From contig NC_042999.1 of the NCBI RefSeq assembly GCF_006345805.1, positions 144,212,001-144,276,000 on the forward strand: DNA of 64,000 bases, given 5' to 3'. A program made the translations under genes and the position numbers. This document shows, one piece after another, positions 13,760-27,303 of the stretch. Within the stretch, counting starts at the first letter, position 1, and each line of letters opens with the position of its first letter. The notes under the pieces are model-generated. The model did not search any database. It worked only from the letters and a program-made list of their open reading frames with translations, and was not told the origin of the DNA. This stretch comes from Octopus sinensis (taxonomy: Eukaryota).

Positions 13760-13838
13760 CATAGATAGATAGATAGATAGATAGATAGATGTGTATGTGC
13801 GTGTGTGTGTGTGTGTGTGTATGTGTGTGTGTGTGTGT
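13686..13838. repeat. (GATA)n then (GT)n microsatellite
   Basis: Directly visible. Confidence 0.97.
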
Positions 13839-13920
13839 GGTATTTCCAAGCCTATTCATCTGCAACTATTCGTTCTCCTTTAAGTACTCAGGATTATCAA
13901 AATTGACATAGCATTACGAT

Positions 13921-13967
13921 AGAAGAAGAAGAAGAAGAAGAAGAAGAAGAAGAAGAAGAAGAAGAAG

Positions 13968-13997
<30 letters not shown>
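13921..13997. repeat. (GAA)n microsatellite
   Basis: Directly visible. Confidence 0.98.
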
Positions 13998-13998
<1 letters not shown>

Positions 13999-14433
13999 GA
14001 CGAGTTAAACTCGTAAAGAATTGAACTGAGAATGTAAGGTGTAATAGCACGCAACTATTTCTATCATTCCACGTACATTTAACACTTATGATATTTATGA
14101 TGACGATCATAATGACGATGGTGATGATGATTTCTTTGCGAGATAGGCATTACATACACAAACATAAGCACGCCTCCACGCACACACATACACACACACA
14201 CACACACACATACACTCAGGCACATGTGTGTATGTGTTTTTGTGTGTGGGGGTAGATGAATGTGCGTGCGTGCGTGTCTATATTAAGAGACAGAAAAAGA
14301 AAGATGTAAACAAGAGAAAGCTTCTTGGTCACACTGATAAAAGTACTCAATGTAGTGTGATACAATTTATTGGAAGCTGAATCATGCCAAATCGTTACTC
14401 CGAGATTCTAGTTGAAATCTTCGGATACACATG

Positions 14434-15350
14434 TAGGGGTTGGACACAATAATGGAAACACCTTGAAATCTCAAACAAATTTATTTTAATATGGGTTCGG
14501 ACCACCTTTGGCAGTAACCTCAGCATGAGGTAATGGACTCGTACAAAGTTTGAATTGTTTCCAAAGGAATTTTTGTCCATTCTTCTGCTAAAGCAGTCTC
14601 CAGTTCTTGTAGTGATGATCGTGGAGGATATCTACTCCTTACATGTTTTTTCCTAAAATGAACCATAAATGTTCAATAATACTGAGATCTGGGGACTGAG
14701 GTGGCCAGATAAGATGTTCAACTTCACTAGAATGTTCCTCGTGCCATTAAGTAACAACTTTTTCAGTGTGAATTGGTATATTATCATCCTGAAAGATTGC
14801 CTTTTCCCTCCGGAAACAGTTCCGCAACCATAGGATGAATTTGATCAGATAAAATGCTTAAATAGATTTTACTATTAATTCTGCCATGAAGGGAAACTAC
14901 TGGGCTGGCGGATTTCCAAGATATAGCCCCCCCAGATCATCACAGATCCTCTTCCATGTTTAACAGTTGGAAGAAGGAAGTCTGGGTCAAATGGTTCTTT
15001 TGGCTGTCTCCAGACGTATACTCGGCCGGTGGTCGAAAATAAGATAATGGATGACTCGTCCGAGAAAATAACATCCTTCCAGTGGTCTAAGGACCAATTC
15101 TATAGGTTTTTACTCCACTCTAAACGCTTTGCAACGTTTGTTTTTGAAAGTAGTGGTTTTCTGATTGCAGCCCTCCTATGAAATCCAGCTTTGTGCAGCT
15201 CCTGGCAAACAGTTTTTGTGGAAACTGGATTCTTGAGGTGGTCATTAAGCTCTGCAATAATTTTGGGAGCTGTACTTTTGTGATCCTTTCTAACAATTCG
15301 TGTAAGAGTCCGACGATCCATATCTGAAAGTTTTGGTTTTCTTCCGGAGC
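14434..15350 (-). mobile_element. Tc1-family (DD34E) transposon, 5'-truncated, with a transposase pseudogene
   Basis: Translation gives SGRKPKLS, RKPLLS..KRLEWSK, VIFSDES, TVKHGRGSVMIWG, QDDN.PIH and WPPQSPDLSIIEHLW, with stops and frameshifts. A TIR-like TAGGGGTTGGACA is at 14434. Confidence 0.93.
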
Positions 15351-15804
15351 ATATATAAATACATGCATAAATGCATGTATAAAGAATTGGATAGTCAGGC
15401 AAGTTTAGGCAGGTTTTAACATCACCTCTTCTCGATTGCCCGCTCTTTAAACACTATTGAAAGAATCAAATAACTGTACTGAAAAAGCAGGCACTTCTTC
15501 ATTACCGTCACTATTTCATGTATAATTCTCATTTTCTGTGTGCTTTACGTTTCTATGCAATCACCGACGAAATCACAGGAACAAGGTCTTACCGTTCTTC
15601 CTGAAAAATAGACGCGAAGTAGTTATCACTATTATTTTTATCAGCATTTAACAGCGCTTCGACATATTTACACAGACCGGAAATAAGTGTGGTGGGGTGT
15701 GGATGATAGAATAAGAAACGGTTTCTTGTATATCGACATTAAGTATGCAGTTAAAGTGATAGCGATGAAAATATAACTCACTGAAGCTATGAAGTGGTTG
15801 TTGT

Positions 15805-16010
15805 TCTTACTATTTAACGCCAGGAAAATCCCGGTCGAGTAGACTTATGATTAAATGCATTCCAGCCGTGACCACCCCGTCAGTTTTCAGATGCAGTGTA
15901 TCAATGATCTTTCCGTGTTCTTTCCGTTTTTAAGACGATTGGGTATGATATGAAGGAAATTGCTGTTTGATTACTGTTTCTAGCAGGTCGAACGATCATG
16001 TTGCTAACCT
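15805..16010 (-). mobile_element. old high-copy interspersed repeat (GCTAGAAATAGCAGCCAAAT family)
   Basis: Related copies occur at about 17310-17480, 19150-19410, 26900-27060, 33230-33480 and 59340-59470. Confidence 0.6.
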
Positions 16011-18098
16011 TCCGTGGAATTGAAATCAATTTGAACTTCGTCATCTCTAATTCTTCTTCCCTCCGATCTCACTAATTGGGAGGCTAGGGGTTAGTTTTGT
16101 TAAGGTTACTGTCAAATTTTCTTTACGCTAGGATCACGGTAGAAGACGAATTAACATTTGTACAGCCTTGGCCATAATATTCGCAGTGCTGGAATTATTT
16201 TAATGTAAGAACGGTGACATGACCTATTCGAAGTTTGCGAGACTGGGGGAAGGAAGTAGGAATAAACGGGAAACAATCTAAATGCTTGAAAAAGACTTCA
16301 CTAAAGTCACTCATTGGATGATGAACTGAGTTTACCCTCTAAGAATGAAACAGTTCATCAGATGAGCTTTCCAAACTTCCCTCACACAGTTAGAGTTAAT
16401 CGGTAATAGAAGTCACTTGCGCGAGGTGCTGCGTGAATGAGAAATAAACTTCTAAACCACACAGCCATGCATTAGTGGTGTAGTGTAGGGTTTACATGGC
16501 GGCGACATAATATGCGTGCACCTGCTGTCGTTGAAGGTACGATATATTTCAGGAAGAGGGCTGTCAATTTGGCTACCGCGCAAGGAGGTCAAAAACTACG
16601 TTATGTGAATAAGTACAAACGTGTAGAGATATCTGTACATTAGAACCCAAGAGGAAAAAATGCCGGTGAGTCGATTCTTCAAAGCGACTGCGAGTTTCGA
16701 TTGAAACCATTTCACTTGACTTAAGCCGTTAAAGTAAAGATATCACAACAACAACTTTCCATTTCTCCCTCTTAAAATATAAGATTTGTGTACCTAGATA
16801 TAAAAAAAAAATAAAATAAAATGAAAGGAAAATAAAAAGTGTTTGGTTTTAATGAAGAACAATGATAGGCCAGTCGGCAGAGCGGCAGACTATAAGCATT
16901 CTGCATCTAATAAAGTAAACAGTGGTATCTGAGAAACCTGAGATTGTGTCAGAGAGTTCAAAAATCGAAGGAATTGATCTGCCGCGAGGAAAAGGAAGAG
17001 TTTGCTGTCTGGGACAAATCCATATTTCAAAAATGCAAAAGTGCGGGGCTTATATTATCTGTTAGAATGCTGCATAAACTTTAGCGTTGGGACATAGGGT
17101 AACGACGAAGTCCCAGGAATGTTGGAAATGTCTGGAATACATAGACATACACAGAGACAGAGAAATGAGGTAGGGGTAAGAGAAAATTGTCAATAAGGAA
17201 CTCAAAATTTCAAACCGAAAGAAATGCTGCTAAACACGTTATCCGACATGCTTACCATTATGTTGACGAATATACTGATAAGTAAAAAGATATTAGATAT
17301 AAATTGTTGATACTGTTATTGTTTAGCCCTGAGTCAACCCTAACCGAGCAAATCAAAGGCATTCCAACTGTGACTATCCTTATCACGTAGTACATTGTCC
17401 AATGCATTCCCCCATTTGTAAGATGTGATTTAAGGGAGGTTTGGCTGCTATTTCTAGCTGATTGAGCTATAGCATAGAGAGTTCATCTTCATGTAATATT
17501 TCGTGAATAGATCATCTTGGCAGAATGAAACCTATGATAAAGATTTGAAATCAGGATTAAAAGCGAACGAAATATTAGTCAATGTAAAATACTCCATACA
17601 CAGGTAAAATACTTGCTTACAGCGATTATTTTACCTACACATGATACTAATTACAATGTGAGAACGTGAAACATTCACGAAATAATTATATTGGCTATAA
17701 CTTCGAACAAAATTTTGGTACCTCTTTGACTCTTCCAGTTCCAGTTACTACGATTAAATATACTTCAGTCTTGAATATTATATAAAATTCGGTTACAAAA
17801 AAAAAATAAATAAACCAACGTAATCCTTTATATAACATTTACAGACTTCATATAGAATTGGTAACCTGATGCCATCACGATTCTTTCGGTACAGACAAAC
17901 AGTCTAGTAGCTTTGCACATGACAGTTACAAAAAAAAATTATTTTCTTCATTTTTCATTTTGTTCTTGTTGTTTTTTGTTTTGTTTTGCTTTTTTTCTGA
18001 AATATTAAACGGGAGATTATTTAATCTTATAAATATTTGCACTTCTGTCTAGGAATATACACATACGTCTTTATATAAGCATGTACATGTGCATCTGG

Positions 18099-18162
<64 letters not shown>

Positions 18163-18188
18163 GTGTGTGTATGTGTGTGTGTGTGTGC

Positions 18189-18244
<56 letters not shown>

Positions 18245-18280
18245 TGTGTGTGGTGTGGTGTGTGTGTGTGTGTGTGTGTG
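18099..18280. repeat. (AT)n/(GT)n microsatellite
   Basis: Directly visible. Confidence 0.97.
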
Positions 18281-18285
18281 TTTAT

Positions 18286-18464
18286 CAGCAACGTAGCCAG
18301 GAAGGAGTTATCGGCATATTCGGAACAAACCCCCGCTACCAGCATCTTTATGAAAATTTACTTGTTATCTAGCATTTATTTTCAATTTTGTTTTTGCAAA
18401 TTCGGCAGCTAATCGTATATCCATATAGGAACCCCCCTTGCTCGAAATTTTAGTTACGCCCATG
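18286..18464. mobile_element. hAT-type MITE
   Basis: Ends CAGCAACGTAGCCAG ... TAGTTACGCCCATG resemble CAGGGGCGTAGC TIRs. No clear TSD. Confidence 0.5.
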
Positions 18465-20192
18465 CATCTGGCTATATACACACGCGCGCGAGAACCTTAT
18501 CTTTATGCATTACATAATTGACTTAATTTATTTACGTTTCATAATCAAGGTTATCCTTCGATAATATATAATTAAGCTCTAACAATTTCAAGGAAGGAAG
18601 TTATGATGTTTATGCAATTTCCAACAGCATTAGTGATATAAATGAAGTTAAGAAAAATAAGCTACTACCAGGGAATTCAAAAACTCGGTTTGCTCAGAGA
18701 TTTGGCTCCTATTCTACTGTGTTTAGTTGTTTAAAAATACCGAAATACAACTTAGAATTCTGTACTGCTAAGAAAAAAAATATTGTCTGTATTAGATATG
18801 ACATACAGCGTCCGACGAAATGCCTTGCGGTGTTTAGTTACAGCCCATTACGTTCTCAGTTCATATCCTGCAGCGATCATTTTGTTTTTCATCCTTTCGA
18901 GATTGATAAAATAAAGAATTGGGGATTGAAATATGGTAGAATTGTTGTTTATAAAGTTTGGAGTAAGTATTAAAAATGGTCATATCTTACATGCTTTAAC
19001 ATATTTGTATAATTGTGAGTAATGTGTGTGAGACTTCGTCTGCATGTTGCGTATCTAGCCAAGAACGGGAGGCTTGAAAGTTGAGGAGAAACATGACCAC
19101 AGATGATGTAGACTGAGAAAGATGCCAATATTTCAGCTGAGTTCATGTTATGTAAGAACAGGTCAGGCCTGCTGAAGTAGACTTATAGTACATAGGTATC
19201 AGGTAATTGACTTGGCACAATCAACAAATAGCTTCAGCATTTGACAAGTGTTTCTAGTGTGGCCATTTCATCATTTTTCAGATATTGTATATCCTAGATA
19301 TACAATATTGTATATGCCTAGTATTTTAGCTTTACTGAAATAATAGATGAGTATGATACAAAGGTGACTTGGTAGCTATTTCTAGCAGGTCAAGCGATCG
19401 TAAGGAAGCTATTTATGTATTTTGGTTGATGTGCTTTAGCCCAAGGACTCCAAACGTAGTCGATATAAATTTCTAAGGATTGATGAAGCTGAGTGTAAGG
19501 ATCAATTCGAGGTCAATAAAATTATTGAGATCTACAAAGTTCGAGGGTCAAACACATTTAATTTTAAATTTAAGTAATTTATCATATATAATTCGTGCTT
19601 TCATAATGTGGAAAAGCTGCCAGAACCAGAGTAGCTTTTCCGCACCATGAGGGCACAGACGTAGCAGAGAATATCTTCATAATTTGGCAGCTTTCCTCCT
19701 GTATCGTGAAAGTACTAAATTTTCTATAAAATCATAACGCAGAATTTGAAAAAGATCATAATTTCGTTTCTTGGCTGTCACGCTGGTGAGATGATCACGT
19801 GTTTCGCTGTTTCTAGAACGAGACAAGTCAAAGTACATATTTAAATTTTAGAATCCTTCTTGGTTGTCGATTTGCGAACATACATTGTATAACGAAAGAA
19901 ATATATGTATGTTCTTTTGGTTTAATTTTTCAAATTTTTCGCTAACAGATAAAACCCACTTTTTAACCCACAAAGAAGACTCTTTCATTGAACTAGGTGG
20001 CCGCATATGTATGTATGTATGTATGTATATATGTATGTATGTATGCATGTATGCATGCATGTATGCATGTATGTATGTATACATGCATGTATGTATGTAT
20101 GCATGTATCTATGTATGTCATTGATTTGAATGTTTGGACTCGTGTATGTGAGCATACGCGTACACATGTTTGTATACTAAGTGTGTGTGTGT

Positions 20193-20256
<64 letters not shown>

Positions 20257-20617
20257 ATATGACGTCCGTGTCTCGCGTGTGAATTTTAGCCATTGTTCCT
20301 TTATTGTTTCTGTTTAATCTTTGGAAGTTATCGTATGTGCGCGCGCGTGTGTGTGTGTGTGTGCATATGTGCGCATGCGTGTGCGTGTGTGTGAGTGAGT
20401 GTGTGTGTGTGTGTGTGTATGTGTGTGGTCAAGGTCTCCGTAAATTAGTTTTACAATTTGAAAAATTCCGGAAAAATTAAAAATATGGATAACTCAGCAG
20501 AGTTTATTGGAAAACATAGGCAAACATAGTTTTACTACAAACCTTAATAATATTTATTTAACATACAATGAGGTTGATTGCTGGATCTCAGCATTGATAC
20601 AATAAATTGTGGAAGTT

Positions 20618-20822
20618 GTGACCGCGTGTGTACCGTTGGCGATTTTTTTTCTCCGTCTTCCCTTCTCTAGATCTTTCCTTTTCCTATGTTTCTGACGAAG
20701 AGCTCCGCTCGAAACGTTAAACCCTCCTTCTTCCCTTCCTTCATGAGCGTCCAATAATACTATATTTGTTCCACGTCCTCGCGTTGTTGTGTTTTCCCCT
20801 TTGTATTTTCCTGTTTGGATTA

Positions 20823-20827
<5 letters not shown>
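20618..20827 (+). mobile_element. short Penelope-like (pLTR/retrozyme-like) repeat carrying a hammerhead motif
   Basis: Pyrimidine-rich block that contains a hammerhead core and ends at a (TA)n tract. Confidence 0.6.
20688..20722 (+). ncRNA. minimal type I hammerhead ribozyme motif
   Basis: GTTT-CTGACGA-A-GAGC(TCC)GCTC-GAAA-CGTT-AAAC. It has conserved CUGANGA and GAAA cores, a 4-bp stem II, stem I GTTT/AAAC and a palindromic AACGTT stem III. Confidence 0.7.
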
Positions 20828-20874
<47 letters not shown>

Positions 20875-20964
20875 TTTAGTAAACAATTTAGATTCAAATG
20901 AATATGGCACTTAATTTAGATGCACCAGAATATTTTTATGGTGTTACCCATAAAAATATTTTTG

Positions 20965-20998
<34 letters not shown>

Positions 20999-22129
20999 CA
21001 AAGGTAGGTCAAAAAGAACATAACAAGCGAAATCAAATAAAACATAGCATGCGGGAAAATAGACGATAATATAACAAACGGCAAACAGGACAGTAGTAAC
21101 AATCTTTCTGGTTGTTGCCGCCAATTAGCAACAATCAGAAGGACACGAAATACAGAACTCTGTGGTTTTTATAAGAAAAATATATGAACTTCCAGAAGTG
21201 ATATGAAAGCTTAATTTTTTAATTCATCTCAGTTTTGTCTCCATTCGTTTCCAGAATGAAGAGTTCGTCTTAAGCGATTGAAATCTGTACGTGTTTTCTT
21301 TGTTTTCCATGATTAAGTTCTCTAAGCAATTTCTTATTTTTTCAACACACACACACACATTACAGGATGTTTATTTTCATAATTTGGAATCAACTGAGTT
21401 TTTTCTGGTTTGTGACGCTAGCTTCTTAAGGTTCCTCCTGAAACAGTTGGCTTTATAATCAAATGCCCCAGTACAGATTTTCCGTTAATTAAATTATGTT
21501 AGCGTATGCTGCTCGATTAATTTCTGCCATCGTGCACACTTTTATTTTCTCATTTCCCAATCATTATGTCTAGTTTGTTATATTTACATTTGACAATGGT
21601 TTCTTGAGCCATAAGAACATTACCACTAAATATCCAAATCTAAGGGCAACTCTGACTTGTTTTTACTTGCATTTTACTAGTTCATATGCGGTTGGAACAG
21701 GCTTTTGCCATATAAATGTTTTAACTCAGCGTCAATGAACATGATGACCTTGGACTCAAACTCATCCAAATATCCATGCTATTATTACCTGTCATCAGGA
21801 CCATAAGAATGCAAACCTCTTCACTCAAAGTGTATTTTATTGCTTTAAGTCTTTTTCTTTTTAATTATCTCTGTTGCATTAATAAACTATTTGATCTTAT
21901 TTTTCCTTAAAATTTTTAGTACTTATTCTTTTGTTATTGAGTCTTCTTATAACGCTTTTTAAAAAAATTAATTTTAAATAAACAAACTTTACTTTCACAT
22001 TACAGTCCTCGGATCTTTTCTGCTGGGCTGCCAAGGACAATTTCTGTTCCAATTGATTTTATATTCAGTGTAATGATGCACTTTTATAGGCTAATCAATA
22101 CCATGGAAATCATTTTCGCCATAAATCAA

Positions 22130-22650
22130 TTAATAAAGAGCTATTAGCTATTGAAGTTTGAAAATTTTGGGTAATTTTAGCCAATCGTAAGCCATAGACA
22201 CATGACAAGTCTTTTGTCTGTGAAAAAGCACGTGTTTGTCAAACCACTTGTTGAAGCTGTGTTCTACTGTTTTACCCAACTGGAAATTTTACCAATCTGT
22301 TTGATTTTGTTTTTAGATAAATCCTTTTTAAGTTCGTGCTATAAGTCTCTTATTTTGAGAAATATTTCTTTTGTAATGTACTGTTTGTCGCATTAAATAC
22401 GTATATACAAAAGGTGTGTTACTCGTTTTTCACGTGTAGAACATAAATATTGACAACACGTGCTATTTTCAGAATGTTGACAAAATGTGCAGTCATGCAC
22501 AAAATGATAGCTTCCAAATCCTGTTTCCTGACTGGTTGAAAATGATCTATAACTTTTTTTTTAATTTTCTGGAAAACGTGAAATGACTCCAGCAGTTCAG
22601 CTTGGAAAACTACATTAACGTACCAAATTTTAAAATATTCCATAAACTTT
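22130..22650. mobile_element. old MITE with long imperfect inverted repeats
   Basis: CATGAC..AAAAGCACGTGTTTGTCAA (about 22200-22243) is inverted against TTGACAACACGTGCTATTTT..GTCATG (about 22450-22498). AAATTTTGGGTA pairs with TACCAAATTTT. Confidence 0.5.
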
Positions 22651-24419
22651 AATTTTTAAATCCTGACAGCCAAGCAGAAAAGCTCCCAGTCCTCTGATAG
22701 TTAGTCTCTATTCAGATATCATCAAACTAGAAATATGTTACTTTATTTTAGAATAAAAGGATGCATGTGTGTGTGTGTGTGTGTGTGTTTAGATAAGGAA
22801 GAATTTTAGGCACGCATACCGCAAAGGAAAAGGAATTCGATATTGTTTATAAAATATTTATTTCGAGAGTTGGAACAACGAATATATCCTGGTGACTCGC
22901 AGTTTCATCTTACAATTCTGATTAAACATTTCGTGAACTCTCGCTATATTTACAACAAATAATCTAAAAGTGGTGGTTATTTTAGAGTAATTAGTAAATT
23001 GGGTTAAGAGTAATGTAAGAAGACACTTTGAGTGATGGGCTGCTAATGTAGTGAAAATAATACCTTTGAGAGAGGGTGTGTTGAGGGTTTGGAGGTATCT
23101 TTGTATGTTTAACAATTAGGTGTGGTCAAGTGGAGAAAATGAAAGCCGGTTAATAGGTCATATATGTATATTGTGTAGTGGTAGCGTTGGACTTTAAGTG
23201 GGCGGCTCTGTTTGTTTTAATAGATGGGTAGCTACGTGGTTATGTATGCAAGTTGGCAAATAAATAATATATCTAATTGCTAAAGAGTAAAAATATCTGG
23301 GAATAACTGTTGGAATTCGTTTTTGGTTATATTAACACTACATTAATATTCACTGACGTAGTGGGGACTTGTATAGGTATTGGGGTATAATAAAATTAAA
23401 GACGAACAAGCGGTCGTTAATAGCATCAAAGCATTTGCAAAATAGTTGTTCAAAAGTGGACAAAAATATATCTAAGTAAAATCAGGAAAGCGAGTGTTCA
23501 TAGTAGTTCTTTGTGGTTAGGTAGATATCATGAAGGTTCATACTTTAATATCACAGATAAAAGACAGGAGGATCTAAGTAGTCCTTGGTAGTAGTTATTT
23601 ATAGATAGACGGGTAGCTATCTGGGGAGTTTATACTCGAACCTCACGAATGAGTGGAGAATACGAGCATACCTGGATCTTTTCAATCTCAGTCACAGGTT
23701 TCTTAATTAATGTTTTTAAACTAAATAGTTTGAAACTTCGGATACTGGTTGAATGTGTCACGTAAAACACGGTTTTGACAAAATTTTGTATTTTAGAAGT
23801 TATTTCGTGTTAAAGTTGTCGCATTTGGGTAATTTTAACCAGTCAATGACGTGTATTCAGCTGAAGAAAGTTACTGCTGTTTGCGAAAGTAATGGAGGAG
23901 CAACAACATCCGAGTCATCGGGTCGTCTGTTTTGGACGCTGCATACATATATGTACGTAAATACACACACACATGTATACGTATCCACACACGCACACAC
24001 CAATACATACACCTATATGCATCTTTTAGAATGCTGAGGAAAGGAAAGGGAAGTAGGTGTGAGGAATACATAGCTTTAAGGAAGGAGGGGGATTGTGAAG
24101 TTGACGACAGTTGCTCATGCTGTCCATCACACACACACACATTCATATGTAAAGCTGATAAAACCCCCGAATGGAAGCAAGGAAACGGAGAGGGTTTAAT
24201 AAATTAATATGCAGTGGTAGGGGATTGGTAAGTTTATATAAGCTGCCGTTCAGATCGTCAATACACCACCACTCTCTCCGTTCTCTCTCTCTCTCTCTCA
24301 CTACGATTTGTTGGAAATATCAGCCAAATCTCTCTCATTGTCACCACGCTAGCATTATATAAATGAGAGGACACATTGGATAAGATGGAAAAAAATACAC
24401 ACGCACACACACATGTATG

Positions 24420-25540
24420 TATTCCCAAACTAACTGAAAGACAATATCCACCCTCACTTATAGACGATAGAATTAAGCGTGCTAAGAAATTAGACATTAA
24501 AACACTAAGGGCAATAAAACGTAACACAGCACCTCATCACAAAGCGCTACTGCATATATCAACTCGTAACCCTAGAAACAATGAGGCATACAACACCATT
24601 GTACAAGGTCTACCTATACTCACTAGAGATCCAAATATGAACAACATTCTGAAAACACAAAACATAAATTCATCAAATGCAAAAAGCAACACAAATCGCT
24701 AAAAAGACTTCTAACAAATGCGAAGATTTACACAACAACCACGAAACCAACGGTTTAAAAAATGTGGACGCCCAAACTGTGGAACATGTCCCAACCTACT
24801 GGAAGGCTTGAAATTCCTATTCAAACCAGGAGAGAGGTTCACAATTAAATCCAACTTCACTTGTGCTTCCGAGAATCAAATTTATGTTATAACTTGCTCA
24901 GGTTGTGGACATAACTATATAGGATAGACAAGTATGACTCTGATACAGAGAACCACACGACAAAAGGAACAGATCCGGTTCCCAGAATACAGACAGATTC
25001 CTTTGTGTGAACACATAGAGAAATATGCAGGTAACATCCAACCAAACATCACTGTTTTCCCCATCTACAAGTGCAAAGAAACAATTTCTAGACAAGAATG
25101 TTTAAATAAAGAAAATTTGTTCGTCGAAAAATACAGAACACATCTAAATATGAACGCATAACCAACTTTGATCTCAGTATATATTTTAATTCATGATCAC
25201 ATGCTTATCACTGTACATATTTCTCACTACTTTAGCTTTTGAATTTTTGTGTATATTTATCTCCTCCCCGAAAAATGAATAATTACTTCCCCTGTCTTCA
25301 ATAATAACGATCACCAATTATCACCCCTTAGATTTTTCTACTTGTTGAATCATTCATTTATAGACTTCTCCTCACACAACATGGACTAAAATCTTCTTAA
25401 GAAAATATGAAATTGCAATAATTTCAATGTCATGATTAGCGAAAGCGAAACCAGTCGACAAACACAATATAAAATATATTTTAAAATATATTAAAACTAT
25501 GTAAAGTGGGTGCATTTTTCTTCTTTTATTATATATAGTG
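24420..25540 (+). mobile_element. Penelope-like element 3' part: RT C-terminus/linker, GIY-YIG endonuclease and pLTR
   Basis: LTERQYPPSLIDDRI..KKCGRPNCGTCPNL..FTCASENQIYVITCSGCGHNYIG*T..LIQR..EHI..KENLFVEKYRT shows the Cys motif plus GIY-YIG, with frameshifts and stops. A degenerate hammerhead lies downstream. Confidence 0.9.
25428..25460 (+). ncRNA. degenerate minimal hammerhead ribozyme in the Penelope pLTR
   Basis: TGTC-ATGATTA-GC(GAAA)GC-GAAA-C(CA)GTC-GACA. The stems and the GUC cleavage triplet are intact, but the core CTGATGA carries two substitutions. Confidence 0.6.
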
Positions 25541-25786
25541 TCTACACGTGTGGTAACATTTCTGTAGTTATGATGTGTGTAGGTTTAAGCTAGTGATAAG
25601 GAGAAACAAAAGTGAGTGTATCTTTATTAGAGTTAACGATATGTGCTGTTGAAATTTTTGGTAAGTGCTTTGTGTGTGAGGGAGTGCATAACACCACCAC
25701 TTTCTCATGTCACATCGAAAACTAATTGCAAAAGATCTTATTTACAATTTTACCACTAACTGTTCAGCAATTGTTCAAATACCCTC

Positions 25787-25995
25787 AGGCGGCAATCTGG
25801 CAGAATCGTTAGCATGCCGGACAAAAGGCATAGCGGCATTTCGTCTCACGTTCTGAGTTCAAATTCCGCTGACGTCGACTTTGCCTTTCATCCCTTCGGA
25901 GTCGATAAAATAAGCACCAGTTGAATACTGAGGTCGATGTAACCGACGTGCCCTTATTCAAAAATTTCTTGCACTGTGTCAAAATTTGAAACCAT
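25787..25995 (+). mobile_element. tRNA-derived SINE (GGCAGAATCGTTAG..GAGTTCAAATTCC family)
   Basis: A-box-like TGGCAGAATCGTTAG, B-box GAGTTCAAATTCC and body GTCGACTTTGCCTTTCATCC. There are many copies in the window. Confidence 0.85.
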
Positions 25996-26023
25996 CCCAC
26001 TATCAACACTTAGTTTAAAATCC

Positions 26024-26194
26024 CAGTGATAGAGCAGGCGTGGGGATAGAAGGGCGGTCCGACCAAGGCGACGTCTTAATGGGGGCAGTCCTTTGTTGGC
26101 TTACTATATATGCCTGTATAGGGGGCGAGGTGGATGCAAGGGGCGGCATACTGGTGGACTGCTCCGGGTGGCACACACACTTGCTACGTCACGA
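26024..26194. mobile_element. hAT-type MITE with 8-bp TSD
   Basis: Ends CAGTGATAGAGCAGG / CTTGCTACGTCACGA, with flanks TAAAATCC and TAAATTCC (7/8 match). Confidence 0.65.
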
Positions 26195-27303
26195 TAAATT
26201 CCAATATTTTGTTTCGTTTCCTCGCTCTGAATATACATCAAGTTGTTAGTCTTGCTTGGTGATCTCTACCACTAAAAACCGCAGGATCAACAAATGTCAG
26301 ATGATTTTCCGTAAGACAATTCTGTTTGAAAACCTCAACTGTTGTGTTCTACTTATCACTTGTCCATTAGAGACATTCTCTATTTGAATTATTATAGTAA
26401 TGGATGTTAGAATCGGTAAGGTGTGGGACAAAATAACTTGCGGGATATTTTGATACATTTCTTTGCGTTCTTTTATCAAATCTCACCTAGCTTGACTTAG
26501 TCTTGCATCGTTCCGAGGTCGATAATAAAAGTAACAGTCATGACGAAGGCATTATCCCAACATGGCCAGAGTTCAATGACTGAAACTAGTCAAAGAACAA
26601 AATAATAAATCTTCCTGTGCCGTATCTATAAATTCAAAGATGTTAGTATTTTAACATTCTAATGTTTTCCTATTTAAAATTCCATTATGCACTTTTAAAA
26701 AATAGTGGAACACTAGAGACTAAGTTTGGAAAATGGTTTCAGTTGTGCAGTTTCAATTGTGCAATTTAAGTAGTATTCATGAACTTGAAAAACTAAATAG
26801 AACTGTTTAAAGAACTGCTTTTTGTTGAACTCTCAACACAACATACATGGCGGTTCGCATGATCAGTTCACTTAGCTGGTAATCCGTTCCATCACTAAAA
26901 CATCCCACCAATGTAAGAATTAGGATAACTGTTAAGCCAGCAAGAGAAACCGAACGTGGTCGCTTGACCTGCAAAACGTAACAGCCAAATTTCCTTCAAA
27001 TAACACTCTACAATTTTAAAACCATAGACGGAAAGATATATGGGGAAATTGCAGACCTGGATCAGGGGTTCCCGAAACCCATGGTTATGCGATTTGGCAT
27101 TCAGAAGTGCAAAAATGTGAAAGTATATAACTTCATAAAAATCGCTTCCCAGAATCAAGTTATTAACGTGCCCTTAAAAATATCTTAATTCATTATGCTT
27201 ACCGAGAAGTTTATTATTCCACAAGTGTCTATTCCTCATGAAAAGGTTGGAAACTACAGTCCAAATATATGCAAAAAAAAACAACAACACATATATACAT
27301 ACA

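Noticed and set aside
21200-22120. Possible decayed transposase on the minus strand
   Set aside because: Multiple stops and no diagnostic motif
22790-23700. Possible Penelope pLTR on the minus strand
   Set aside because: The composition is suggestive, but I found no intact hammerhead core or protein motif
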